NCBI GenBank assembly: GCA_016178015.1
Contig: JACOUB010000058.1
Location: 17,395-81,394, forward strand
Length of the DNA: 64,000 nucleotides
Reading direction: 5' to 3'
Source of the DNA: Methylocystis sp.
GTDB lineage: Bacteria > Pseudomonadota > Alphaproteobacteria > Rhizobiales > Beijerinckiaceae
A model generated the notes under the pieces. That model had not been told where the DNA came from. It worked only from the letters and a program-made list of their open reading frames with translations, and ran no database searches. Shown here piece by piece: positions 32,724-41,801 of the stretch (positions are counted from its first letter, which is position 1; each line of letters opens with the position of its first letter). The translations under genes and the position numbers were made by a program.

Positions 32724-33575
32724 TCAACCTGCCCGCGACAAGCGGGCGAGTTTCAGTTTGTGGCGCGCCAATAATTCCTCGAACTCGGGCGAAAGCAGAA
32801 AAGCGAGCTCCTGTTCGCGCGCCACGGTGACAGGATCTTGCGCGCGCAAGTCTGCATCGACGTATCCGGGATGGCACATGATCAGATGCCGCCGGCCGCG
32901 CGCGTAAAGATACGTTTCAAAGCGCGCGCCGTAGTCTCCGCTTGGATCAAAATCGGCAAAACCCGCGAACCCGTCGTTCGTCGCAAATCCCCGTCGCTTG
33001 GCGGCGCGGCGAAATCCGTGGCTGAGCGATCTGACGGCGAGCGCCTTTTTCGCCTCGCCGCCCCGAATGAGGATGCGATGCAGCCGGTCGCCAGGATCGC
33101 GCAGCCACACCTTGCCCACGAGATGGCGCGCCTCCAGCGCCTCGAACAGAGCGGTGCGGATGAAGGGCAGCGCATGCACATGTTGATGGCCGTCGACGTG
33201 ATCTGGCGCACGCTCCATCACCGCCTCGAAACGATCGAGCTGGCGATCGATCTCGACGCGGATTTCATCCATCGGCAGCTTACCGCGCAGCGCAGCGCGA
33301 ACAACCTCCGCAACGGATGGAAACACGCCTTGCGGAGCGAATTTGCGCATCCGCGCCAGAGGCCGGCCGAGCGTCAGATTGAAATGGAGGCCGACATCGG
33401 CGTCGATGACGCGGCGCGTCAGCTCGCGGCCCGTGGCCGGCCAGCGGGAACTGGTGGCGATGGCCGAAACCGCAGACAGCCGAGCGGCGGCGAGCGCCTC
33501 CAGGATGCCGGCGCTGACGCCCATGGAGAGGCCGAAATCGTCGGCGCACAGGGCGACTGTCGTGTCCTTGGCCAT
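32724..33575 (-). CDS. ChbG/HpnK (YdjC)-family deacetylase
   Basis: LCADDFG, GLHFNLT, DHVDGHQHVH, MCHPG. Confidence 0.9.
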   Translation of the reverse strand: MAKDTTVALCADDFGLSMGVSAGILEALAAARLSAVSAIATSSRWPATGRELTRRVIDADVGLHFNLTLGRPLARMRKFAPQGVFPSVAEVVRAALRGKLPMDEIRVEIDRQLDRFEAVMERAPDHVDGHQHVHALPFIRTALFEALEARHLVGKVWLRDPGDRLHRILIRGGEAKKALAVRSLSHGFRRAAKRRGFATNDGFAGFADFDPSGDYGARFETYLYARGRRHLIMCHPGYVDADLRAQDPVTVAREQELAFLLSPEFEELLARHKLKLARLSRAG

Positions 33576-33658
33576 TGCTTGCTCCTCGGAGCTTCTTGTT
33601 GCGCATTTTCGCGCCCGCGCCTAGGTCTTGCCATGGTTTTAAGGATCGAAGGCTACCC

Positions 33659-34666
33659 ATGAACGACTTTCAGCGAAACAGTGTCCCCGAAATCTCGGTC
33701 GCCATTCCGGTCTTCAACGAGGCCGAAAATCTTCGCCCGCTTGTTGGACGCTTGACGCCGGCGCTGGAGCGCTGCTGCGCCTCGTTCGAGGTCATCTTTA
33801 TCGACGACGGCTCGTCAGACGCCACGCTCGAGATCTTGCGCGAACTCCATGCGAGCGACCAACGATTGACCGCACTCTCCTTCAGCCGCAATTTCGGCAA
33901 GGAGATCGCCATCGCCGCCGGACTGGATTTTGCCCGCGGACGGGCGGCCATTGTCATGGACGCCGATCTCCAGCATCCGCCGGAATTGATCCCGGCGTTC
34001 GTCTCCAAATGGCGAGAGGGTTACAAGAACATTTACGGCCAGCGCACAGATCGCGCCGCCGACCCGAAGCTGCGCGGCGTCCTGACACAAATCTATTACG
34101 ATCTGCTCGATCAGTTCGGCGAAACGTCGCTGCCGCGCGAGGCCGGTGATTTTCGCCTCCTCGACCGCCAGGCGATCGACGCGCTGGCCAAAATGCGCGA
34201 GCGCGCGCGTTTCTCCAAGGGGCTTTACGCCTGGATCGGTTTCAAATCGATCGGCGTTCCTTTCGAGGTCGAGCGGCGCGCCGCCGGCGCATCGAAATTC
34301 AACTGGGCCAAGCTCGCCCGTTTTGCTCTCGACGGGTTCATGTCGTTTTCATACGTCCCACTGAAAATATGGACTTTTATCGGCATGGCGATTTCCGGTT
34401 TCGCCCTCGCCATGGCGGCCTATTTCTTTATTCGCACGCTATTGTTCGGCGCCGACGTTCCCGGTTACCCCTCGCTCATCGTGTCGATCGCGTTCTTCGC
34501 CGGCGTGCAGCTGATCTCGCTTGGCGTGCTCGGGGAATATATCGCGCGTATTTTCGCGGAGGTGAAAGGCCGTCCGCTCTATCTCGTTGCGGAACGGCTG
34601 GGGATCGAGGACGAAGAAGAAAAGCCGGAGCATGGTCCGGCGGGGCGGAACGTGACTCGGCGATGA
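33659..34666 (+). CDS. GT2 polyprenol-phosphate glycosyltransferase (GtrB-like)
   Basis: IPVFNEAEN, IDDGSSD, RNFGKEIAIAAG, MDADLQHPP; two C-terminal TM segments. Confidence 0.93.
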   Translation: MNDFQRNSVPEISVAIPVFNEAENLRPLVGRLTPALERCCASFEVIFIDDGSSDATLEILRELHASDQRLTALSFSRNFGKEIAIAAGLDFARGRAAIVMDADLQHPPELIPAFVSKWREGYKNIYGQRTDRAADPKLRGVLTQIYYDLLDQFGETSLPREAGDFRLLDRQAIDALAKMRERARFSKGLYAWIGFKSIGVPFEVERRAAGASKFNWAKLARFALDGFMSFSYVPLKIWTFIGMAISGFALAMAAYFFIRTLLFGADVPGYPSLIVSIAFFAGVQLISLGVLGEYIARIFAEVKGRPLYLVAERLGIEDEEEKPEHGPAGRNVTRR

Positions 34667-34737
34667 TTTATACAAATCGGAACCCGACCCACGAGGACAA
34701 TGTCATATCAGCGGCGCAAAATTTTGACCTATCAGCG

Positions 34738-34878
34738 CGTCATGGCCGGGCTTGTCCCGGCCATCCACGCCGGGACGTGACAGAAAATCCTCAAAGGGCA
34801 GCGGGCACGTCCCGCCTCTCTTTCGGAAGTCGTAACGGCTTGTGGGCGTGGATGCCCGCGACGAGCGCGGGCATGACG
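34738..34878. repeat. CGTC-tagged REP/MITE-like inverted pair (family 1)
   Basis: Same arms as 14203-14343, with similar spacer blocks and flanks. Confidence 0.92.
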
Positions 34879-35046
34879 GGTAAATATTTGTCGCCTTTCG
34901 TCCGGTGGCGGTCGCGCCAAATCTCGATTTCTACAGATAATTCTTAAGGCAACGCCGGCCCTTACCTTTTGCTCCCGCCGCGCCTATTTCGTGTTAAGCG
35001 CGTTCTCGTCGCCACGCCGGCCTTGACCCGGACGCGGAGGAAATCG

Positions 35047-35604
35047 ATGTTCATTCAGACCGAAGCCACGCCCAATCCGGCTACGCTGAAGTTCCTGCCC
35101 GGCTGCGCCGTGCTCGAACATGGCGCGCTGGAGTTCCGCTCCTTCGAGACGGCGGCGAACTCGCCGCTGGCGCGAGCGCTCCTTTGCATCGACGGCGTCG
35201 AGGCCATCATGTTCGGCCCCGATTTCATCTCCGTGACCAAGTCGGACGCCGAGTGGGCGCATCTGAAGCCGGCGGTTCTCGGCACGATCATGGAGCATTT
35301 CACCTCCGGCGCGCCGCTGCTGCTTAGCGAGGGCGAAACGGTCCCCGCGGCAGCCGAGTTCTTTGACGAAGGCGACGCCGAGATCGTCCAAACGATCAAG
35401 GATTTGCTGGAAACGCGCGTGCGTCCGGCGGTGGCCGGCGATGGCGGCGACATCGTCTTCCGCGGCTTTCGCGACGGCGTCGTCTATCTCGCCATGAAAG
35501 GCGCCTGCTCGGGCTGCCCCTCCTCAACCGCGACGCTGCGCAACGGCATCGAAAATCTGTTGCGTCATTTCCTGCCGCAAGTGCGATCCGTCGAACAGGC
35601 GTGA
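35047..35604 (+). CDS. nfuA: NifU/NfuA-family Fe-S scaffold
   Basis: MFIQTEATPNPATLKF, VRPAVAGDGGDI, GACSGCPSS. Confidence 0.93.
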   Translation: MFIQTEATPNPATLKFLPGCAVLEHGALEFRSFETAANSPLARALLCIDGVEAIMFGPDFISVTKSDAEWAHLKPAVLGTIMEHFTSGAPLLLSEGETVPAAAEFFDEGDAEIVQTIKDLLETRVRPAVAGDGGDIVFRGFRDGVVYLAMKGACSGCPSSTATLRNGIENLLRHFLPQVRSVEQA

Positions 35605-35661
35605 ACGGCGAAAATCCGTACCACATTGATCGGCGCGGCGAATCGGTCATAATCCTTAGCA

Positions 35662-36354
35662 ATGCGAATCCTCGCCATAGACGCCGCCCTGCCCGCAGTC
35701 GCCGCTTGCGTGCTCGATCTCGACGCGGTGGAGCCCGCGTCGAGCGAGACCATGGCGATGGAGCGCGGCCATGCGGAAGCTCTGCTGCCGCTGATCGAAC
35801 GCGTCATGGCCAAGGTCGACGGCGGGTTTGCATCGCTGCAACGCGTCGCCGTGACGGTCGGACCTGGCTCCTTCACCGGCATTAGAATCACAGTCGCAGC
35901 CGGTCAGGCGATCGCGCTCGCCTGCCATGCGCCGATCGTCGGCGTGTCGACGCTGGCGGCGCTGGCGGCGCCCTTCATCGTCGCCCCATTCGACGGCGTC
36001 GTGGCGGCGGCGATCGACGCGCGCCATGGCCAGGTCTATGTCACGGCCTATGGGCCCGATGGACGCACCCTGCTTTCGCCGCGACGCGCCAGGGCGCATG
36101 AAGCATTGCGCGCGCTGGGCCACGGCCCGCTGCGGCTCGTGGGCTCAGGCGCGTATCTTTTGGCGGCGGAGGCGCGCGCCAGCGGCCTCTCGGCGCAAAT
36201 CGCCAGCGACGCCAGCGCCCCCGACATCGCTTATGTCGCCAGACTGGGCCTCGCCGCGGACCCGGCGACCGCGCCGGCGCAGCCGCTCTATCTGAAACCG
36301 CCGGACGCCAAGCCGTTCGAGCGTCCGCCCCTCGAAGCTCCCGCCGTGGTCTGA
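35662..36354 (+). CDS. tsaB: t6A biosynthesis protein TsaB
   Basis: ILAID, GHAEALLP, GPGSFTGIRI, IDAR.GQVY. Confidence 0.93.
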   Translation: MRILAIDAALPAVAACVLDLDAVEPASSETMAMERGHAEALLPLIERVMAKVDGGFASLQRVAVTVGPGSFTGIRITVAAGQAIALACHAPIVGVSTLAALAAPFIVAPFDGVVAAAIDARHGQVYVTAYGPDGRTLLSPRRARAHEALRALGHGPLRLVGSGAYLLAAEARASGLSAQIASDASAPDIAYVARLGLAADPATAPAQPLYLKPPDAKPFERPPLEAPAVV

Positions 36355-36365
36355 GCGCTAAAGGC

Positions 36366-36857
36366 ATGAGCCTGATTTCGAGCTTCTTCGCCAAGCCCCG
36401 CTTCGTCATCCAGCCGATTGGCGCGGAAAGTTCAGAAGATTGCGAACGGCTGCACGCGCTGTCCTTCGCTTTTCCCTGGACGAAGATCGATTTCGAGAAC
36501 CTGTTGACCGACGCCAATGTCATCGCCGACGGCGCCGTCGGCGAACGCCGGCGCAAGGCGGAGCTCGCCGGGTTTATCCTGTCGCGGCTGACGCCGCCGG
36601 ACGCCGAAATTCTCACCTTCGCCGTCGATCCGCTGCGGCGCGGCGCCGGCATCGGCAAGAAGCTGCTGGACGTCCACGTCACCAATCTGGAGCGCGGCGG
36701 CGCGCGGCTGGTCTTTCTGGAGTGCGGCGAGGACAACGCCGCCGCGCTGGCGCTATACAACCGCCTTGGCTTTGTCATCATCGGCCGGCGCGAGAACTAT
36801 TACCTGAGCGCCTCCGGCGAACGGCAGGCGGCGCTCACCATGCGACTGGAGCTTTGA
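36366..36857 (+). CDS. rimI: RimI-like GNAT acetyltransferase
   Basis: AEILTFAVDP.RRGAGIG, N.AALALY.RLGF, R.NYY. Confidence 0.88.
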   Translation: MSLISSFFAKPRFVIQPIGAESSEDCERLHALSFAFPWTKIDFENLLTDANVIADGAVGERRRKAELAGFILSRLTPPDAEILTFAVDPLRRGAGIGKKLLDVHVTNLERGGARLVFLECGEDNAAALALYNRLGFVIIGRRENYYLSASGERQAALTMRLEL

Positions 36858-36891
36858 GGCGCGTCCTTGTCAAACGCCCGCACGCGAACTA

Positions 36892-36909
36892 GACTAACAA
36901 GACTTAGTC
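36892..36909. promoter_or_regulatory. Putative TA operator
   Basis: GACTAA-N6-TTAGTC inverted repeat just upstream of the antitoxin. Confidence 0.5.
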
Positions 36910-36921
36910 CATAGGCAGAGC

Positions 36922-37167
36922 ATGCGCACGGTAAATATCCACGAAGCGAAAACCCAGCTTTCACGTCTGGTCGATCAAGCCGCCAAGGGCGAGCCGTTCA
37001 TTATCGCCAAGGCCGGCAAGCCGCTCGTGAAGGTCACGCCGCTGGATGCGCCGACGGGAGCGCAAGTCCGGCGTCTTGGATTCATGGCTGGGCAGATCGC
37101 GACGCCGGACGACTTCGACCAGATGGGCAGGGCGGAGATCGAACGGTTGTTCGGCGGCGAAGGGTGA
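36922..37167 (+). CDS. Phd/YefM-family antitoxin
   Basis: VNIHEAKTQLSRLVD, IIAKAGKPLVKV. Confidence 0.93.
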   Translation: MRTVNIHEAKTQLSRLVDQAAKGEPFIIAKAGKPLVKVTPLDAPTGAQVRRLGFMAGQIATPDDFDQMGRAEIERLFGGEG

Positions 37168-37550
37168 AGCTGCTGCTGGATACGCACGTGCTGCTGTGGG
37201 CGGCGGGGCAACCGGAGCGATTGCCGGCCGGCGGCCGCGCATTGCTCGAAGAACCACGCAACGAGTTGATCTTCAGTGCGGCCAGTTTGTGGGAAATCGC
37301 CATCAAGCATGGGCTCAACCGCGCCGATTTTCAGGTGGACGCGCGAGCGTTGCGGCGCGGCCTACTGGACAACGGTTACCAAGAGTTGGCCATTAGCAGC
37401 GAGCATGCCGTCGCCATCGACGCCCTGCCCCCGATTCATAAAGACCCTTTCGACCGCCTCCTCGTCGCTCAGGCGATCGTCGAAAGCGTCACTTTGCTGA
37501 CTGTCGACCCTGTCGTGGCGCAGTATCCTGGCCCAGTGCGAAAGATTTGA
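37164..37550 (+). CDS. VapC/PIN-domain toxin
   Basis: LLLDTHVLLW, SAASLWEIAIK, HKDPFDRLLVAQA. Confidence 0.94.
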   Translation: MKLLLDTHVLLWAAGQPERLPAGGRALLEEPRNELIFSAASLWEIAIKHGLNRADFQVDARALRRGLLDNGYQELAISSEHAVAIDALPPIHKDPFDRLLVAQAIVESVTLLTVDPVVAQYPGPVRKI

Positions 37551-37707
37551 CGGCGCAAGCCGCCCAATCGCATCGCCGTGGAGTTTGATGAAGCGCGGCG
37601 GCGCGAGATGTCTTATATTACACATCAACGGGCCATTGCGGGGAGCGCGCCGGCGGCTATGATCGGAACGCAGCCCAATCCACAATAGACCCACGGGAGC
37701 GCCCGAC

Positions 37708-39162
37708 ATTTCAGACTCTGTCTCGCATCTGATTTCCAGCCCCCTGGACGAAACCGGCCAGGAGGCGAACCGAGCGTCGCCGGCGAGCGCGCCCGCCCAG
37801 GCAAAAGTCTTCGTCAAGTCTTACGGCTGCCAGATGAACGTCTATGACTCGGCCCGCATGGCCGATCTGCTCGCCTCCCAAGGCTATGCGGAGACCCGGC
37901 GCCAAGAGGATGCGGACCTCGTCATCTTGAACACCTGCCACATCCGCGAAAAAGCGGCGGACAAAGTCTATTCGGAGCTCGGCAAGCTCGCCGCGATGAA
38001 ACATGCACGCAGCGCGGCGGGGCGTGACATGCAGATCGTCGTCGCCGGCTGCGTCGCCCAAGCCGAAGGCGTCGAGGCGCTGCGCCGGCAGAGGGCGGTC
38101 GATTTGGTCGTCGGGCCGCAGAGTTACCACCGCCTGCCCGAACTTCTGGCGCGGACCGCGCGCGGCGAACGCCTCACCGACACGGAATTTGCGGTCGAAG
38201 ATAAATTCCAGTTTCTGCCGCAACCGACGCCGCAACAGATACGCGCGCGGGGCGTGAGCGCCTTCGTGACCGTGCAGGAGGGGTGCGACAAATTCTGCTC
38301 GTTCTGCGTCGTTCCTTACACGCGCGGCGCCGAAGTCTCGCGCCAGGTCGCACAGGTGGTCGCGGAGACGGAAGGCCTCGCGGCGGCCGGCGTGCGCGAG
38401 ATCACCGTGATCGGACAAAACGTCAACGCCTATCGCGGCGAAGCGCCCGATGGGCGCAAATGGCCGCTGGAGCGCCTGCTCGAACGCCTCTCGCACATCG
38501 GCGGCGTCGAGCGGCTGCGCTACACGACGAGCCACCCGATCGATATGTCGCAAGGACTCATCGACGCCCATGGCGCTCTGCCACAGCTGATGCCCTTCGT
38601 GCATCTGCCGGCGCAATCCGGCTCGGATCGCGTGTTGAAGGCCATGAACCGTCGCCACGGGGCGAGCGCGTATCTCGATCGCGTCGCGCGCTTGCGCAAG
38701 GCGCGGCCGGACATCGCGCTCTCGTCCGATTTCATCGTCGGTTTTCCCGGCGAGACGGACGCAGACTTCGAGGCGACGCTCAGCCTTATTCGCGAGGTCG
38801 GCTTCGCCGCCGCTTTCTCCTTCAAATATTCGCCGCGCCCGGGAACGCCGGGCGCCGAGCGTTCCGATCAGATCGATGAACAGGCAAAACGCGAGCGGCT
38901 CAGAGCCTTGCAAGAACTCATTGAGGCGCAGCGGCAGGCCTTCAACGCGGCGGCGATTGGGCGCGCCTTCGACGTCTTGTTCGAAAAAGCTGGGCGCCAT
39001 CCCGGCCAGATCGCCGGCAAAAGCCCCTATATGCAAGCGGTACATGTCACCGGCGACGTCGAATTGATCGGCGCCGTGGCAAAGGTGACGATCGTCGCCG
39101 CCGGCGCCAACTCGTTGGCGGGAAGATTGGCCGGCGGCGCGGCTAAGGAGAGGCGCCATTGA
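37708..39162 (+). CDS. miaB: tRNA-2-methylthio-N6-dimethylallyladenosine synthase; probable ATT start
   Basis: [42 protein letters not shown]; the conserved start lies upstream of the first ATG (37834). Confidence 0.95.
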   Translation: MSDSVSHLISSPLDETGQEANRASPASAPAQAKVFVKSYGCQMNVYDSARMADLLASQGYAETRRQEDADLVILNTCHIREKAADKVYSELGKLAAMKHARSAAGRDMQIVVAGCVAQAEGVEALRRQRAVDLVVGPQSYHRLPELLARTARGERLTDTEFAVEDKFQFLPQPTPQQIRARGVSAFVTVQEGCDKFCSFCVVPYTRGAEVSRQVAQVVAETEGLAAAGVREITVIGQNVNAYRGEAPDGRKWPLERLLERLSHIGGVERLRYTTSHPIDMSQGLIDAHGALPQLMPFVHLPAQSGSDRVLKAMNRRHGASAYLDRVARLRKARPDIALSSDFIVGFPGETDADFEATLSLIREVGFAAAFSFKYSPRPGTPGAERSDQIDEQAKRERLRALQELIEAQRQAFNAAAIGRAFDVLFEKAGRHPGQIAGKSPYMQAVHVTGDVELIGAVAKVTIVAAGANSLAGRLAGGAAKERRH

Positions 39163-40205
39163 CGACGATCGACGAGACGCGGCTCGCGGATGACGGGCGC
39201 GAATCGCAAGCCAACGACATGGAGGGCGCCGAGATCACTCTGGCTTTCGAGGACAATCGTTACGCTTCGCTGGTCTTCGGCCTCTATGACCAAAATCTCG
39301 CCAAGATCGAGCGCCGCCTGCAGGTCATCTGCTTCGCCAATGGCAATCACGTGACCTTAAAAGGCCCGGCGGACGCTTGCGAGCATGCGCGCCGCGTGCT
39401 GGAAATCCTTTATGGGCGCGTGCAGCTCGGCCAGACCGTCGGGCTTGGCGACGTCGACGGCGCCATTGAAGAATGTGCGCGGCAGCGCAGTCTCTTTCCG
39501 GAGGCGGAGACCGGGCGCGCCGTGTTCGAACACATCGGCACGCGCAAGCGCGGCCCGGTGCGCGCCCGCAATCTCGCGCAAGACCTCTATCTGCGCGCCC
39601 TCAAGCGCTATGAACTGGTGTTCGCGGAGGGTCCCGCCGGCACCGGCAAGACATGGCTCGCCGTGGGTCACGCCGTCTCGCTGCTCGAGCAAGGCGCCGT
39701 GGAGCGCCTCATTCTGTCGCGTCCGGCGGTGGAGGCCGGCGAACGCTTAGGCTTCCTGCCCGGCGATATGCGCGAAAAGGTCGATCCTTATCTGCGTCCG
39801 ATCTATGATGGCCTCCATGATTTCATGGACGCGCGCATGGTCGAACGCGGCATCCAGACCGGCATGATCGAAGTCGCGCCGCTCGCCTTCATGCGCGGCC
39901 GCACGCTCACCAAGTCATGCATTCTGCTCGACGAGGCGCAGAACGCCACCTCCATGCAGATGAAAATGTTTCTCACGCGCCTGGGCGAAGGCTCGCGCAT
40001 GATCGTCAACGGCGATCCGTCGCAACCCGATCTTCCGCCCGGCCAGAAATCGGGGTTGAGCGAAGCCATTGCTTTGCTGGCGGGGGTAGAGGGAATCGGG
40101 CGCGTCAGGTTTTCCGAGGGCGACGTGGTGCGTCACGATCTCGTGCGCCAGATCGTCGGCGCCTATGAGAGAGCCGGGCGCGAGAAATCCAAATCGGGCG
40201 CTTAA
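39159..40205 (+). CDS. phoH: PhoH-family ATPase
   Basis: [38 protein letters not shown]. Confidence 0.95.
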   Translation: MTTIDETRLADDGRESQANDMEGAEITLAFEDNRYASLVFGLYDQNLAKIERRLQVICFANGNHVTLKGPADACEHARRVLEILYGRVQLGQTVGLGDVDGAIEECARQRSLFPEAETGRAVFEHIGTRKRGPVRARNLAQDLYLRALKRYELVFAEGPAGTGKTWLAVGHAVSLLEQGAVERLILSRPAVEAGERLGFLPGDMREKVDPYLRPIYDGLHDFMDARMVERGIQTGMIEVAPLAFMRGRTLTKSCILLDEAQNATSMQMKMFLTRLGEGSRMIVNGDPSQPDLPPGQKSGLSEAIALLAGVEGIGRVRFSEGDVVRHDLVRQIVGAYERAGREKSKSGA

Positions 40206-40206
40206 G

Positions 40207-40737
40207 ATGACCGTCGCAACGGACATTTCGGTCGCCGCTCCCGCCTGGGAGCAGCTCGCTGGGCTCGACGCGCTGACACAGCGCGCCGTGGAGCAATGCC
40301 TTGCAACGACGGGCGCAACGCTCGCGCCGGAATGCGAGCTCAGCGTGGTTTTCTGCGACGATGCGCTGATCCGCGCGCTCAACGCGCAATGGCGCGGCGT
40401 TGACCGGCCGACCAACGCGCTCGCTTTTCCGACGCCGGGCGACCTCGCCGCAAAGCCGGCGCTCGGCGACATCGTCATCGCCTATGAAACGCTGGAGCGC
40501 GAGGCGCGCCAACAGGACAAGACCATCACGGCGCATCTCACCCATTTGCTCATCCATGCATTTCTGCATCTAATCGGCTACGATCACGAAACCGCGCCAA
40601 GGGCCGAGGCGATGGAGGCGATCGAGCGGCGCGTTATGGCGGCGCTCGGTCGGCCGGACCCCTATGAGGGGACACAACCGATCGGCGACGACGCTGACCC
40701 AAACGGACGTATTGACGCCAATGCCCATGAAGCATGA
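40207..40737 (+). CDS. ybeY: rRNA maturation endoribonuclease YbeY
   Basis: LNAQWRG.D.PTN.L.F, LGDIVIA, HAFLHLIGYDH. Confidence 0.94.
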   Translation: MTVATDISVAAPAWEQLAGLDALTQRAVEQCLATTGATLAPECELSVVFCDDALIRALNAQWRGVDRPTNALAFPTPGDLAAKPALGDIVIAYETLEREARQQDKTITAHLTHLLIHAFLHLIGYDHETAPRAEAMEAIERRVMAALGRPDPYEGTQPIGDDADPNGRIDANAHEA

Positions 40738-41746
40738 GAACGACGCGGCGCCGGCCGGCGTCGAAAGTTTGAGCGAGCCGCAACGGCCTGGGCTCATCGA
40801 GCGTTTGCGCGCGCTCATCGGCCTCGAACCCGCTTCGGTGCGCGAGGATATCGAAGAGGCGCTGGAGGAGGCGACGGGCGACGTCACCCCTCAAGAGCGG
40901 ACGCTGCTGAAAAACGTCCTCGCCCTGCACGACCTGCGCGTCGCCGACGCCATGGTGCCGCGCGCGGCGATCGTCGCGGTCCGCCAGGACGCGACGCTCG
41001 GCGAAGTTCTGGCGGTGTTCCGCAACGCCGAACATTCGCGCCTGCCCGTCTACGGCGACACGCTCGACGATGCGCGCGGCATGGTCCATATTCGCGATTT
41101 CGTCGATTATCTCGCCTCGCGCGCCGAATGCGCCCAGGCGCCGGCCGCCACTGAGCAGAAGGCGCAACAAGGCGACGCCGCAACGGCAAGCGCAACAGAG
41201 CGCGCGCACGCCATTTCGCTGGCGGCGATCGATTTCCGGGCGCCGCTGGCCTCGACCGGCGTGCTCAGGCCCGTGCTGTTCGTGCCGCCGTCGATGCCAG
41301 CGCTCGATCTTCTCGTGAAGATGCAAGCGGCGCGCACGCATATGGCGCTGGTTATCGACGAATACGGCGGCACGCACGGCCTCGTCTCGATCGAGGACAT
41401 CGTCGAAATGATCGTCGGCGACATTGAGGACGAGCACGACGTGGGCGACGAACCGAGGATAGAGGCTGGCGACGACGGCTCGTTCCTTATCGACGCCAAG
41501 GCCAATCTCGAGGACGTGCACAAAGCGCTGGGCGCCGATTTTACGCTAAATGAAACCATTGCCGACGTGACGACGCTCGGCGGGCTGGTGGCCTCGCTGG
41601 CCGGACATGTTCCCGTGCGCGGCGAGATCGTGCAGGCGCCTATCGCGGGCTGGGAGTTCGAGATTCTCGAAGCGGATCCGCGTCGCGTCTCCCGCCTGCG
41701 CGTCCACGCGCCAGGAAAGGATGAGCCTGGCGACGCCCGCCCCTGA
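40721..41746 (+). CDS. corC: CorC/HlyC-family CBS-domain protein
   Basis: HSRLPVY, HMALVIDEYGGT.GLVSIED, GDIEDEHD. Confidence 0.92.
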   Translation: MPMKHENDAAPAGVESLSEPQRPGLIERLRALIGLEPASVREDIEEALEEATGDVTPQERTLLKNVLALHDLRVADAMVPRAAIVAVRQDATLGEVLAVFRNAEHSRLPVYGDTLDDARGMVHIRDFVDYLASRAECAQAPAATEQKAQQGDAATASATERAHAISLAAIDFRAPLASTGVLRPVLFVPPSMPALDLLVKMQAARTHMALVIDEYGGTHGLVSIEDIVEMIVGDIEDEHDVGDEPRIEAGDDGSFLIDAKANLEDVHKALGADFTLNETIADVTTLGGLVASLAGHVPVRGEIVQAPIAGWEFEILEADPRRVSRLRVHAPGKDEPGDARP

Positions 41747-41801
41747 AAAAGCGTGATCCTCTCGCGAAAGCGCACGACCTGCCGGGCGCTTTTTCAGCCC
41801 A

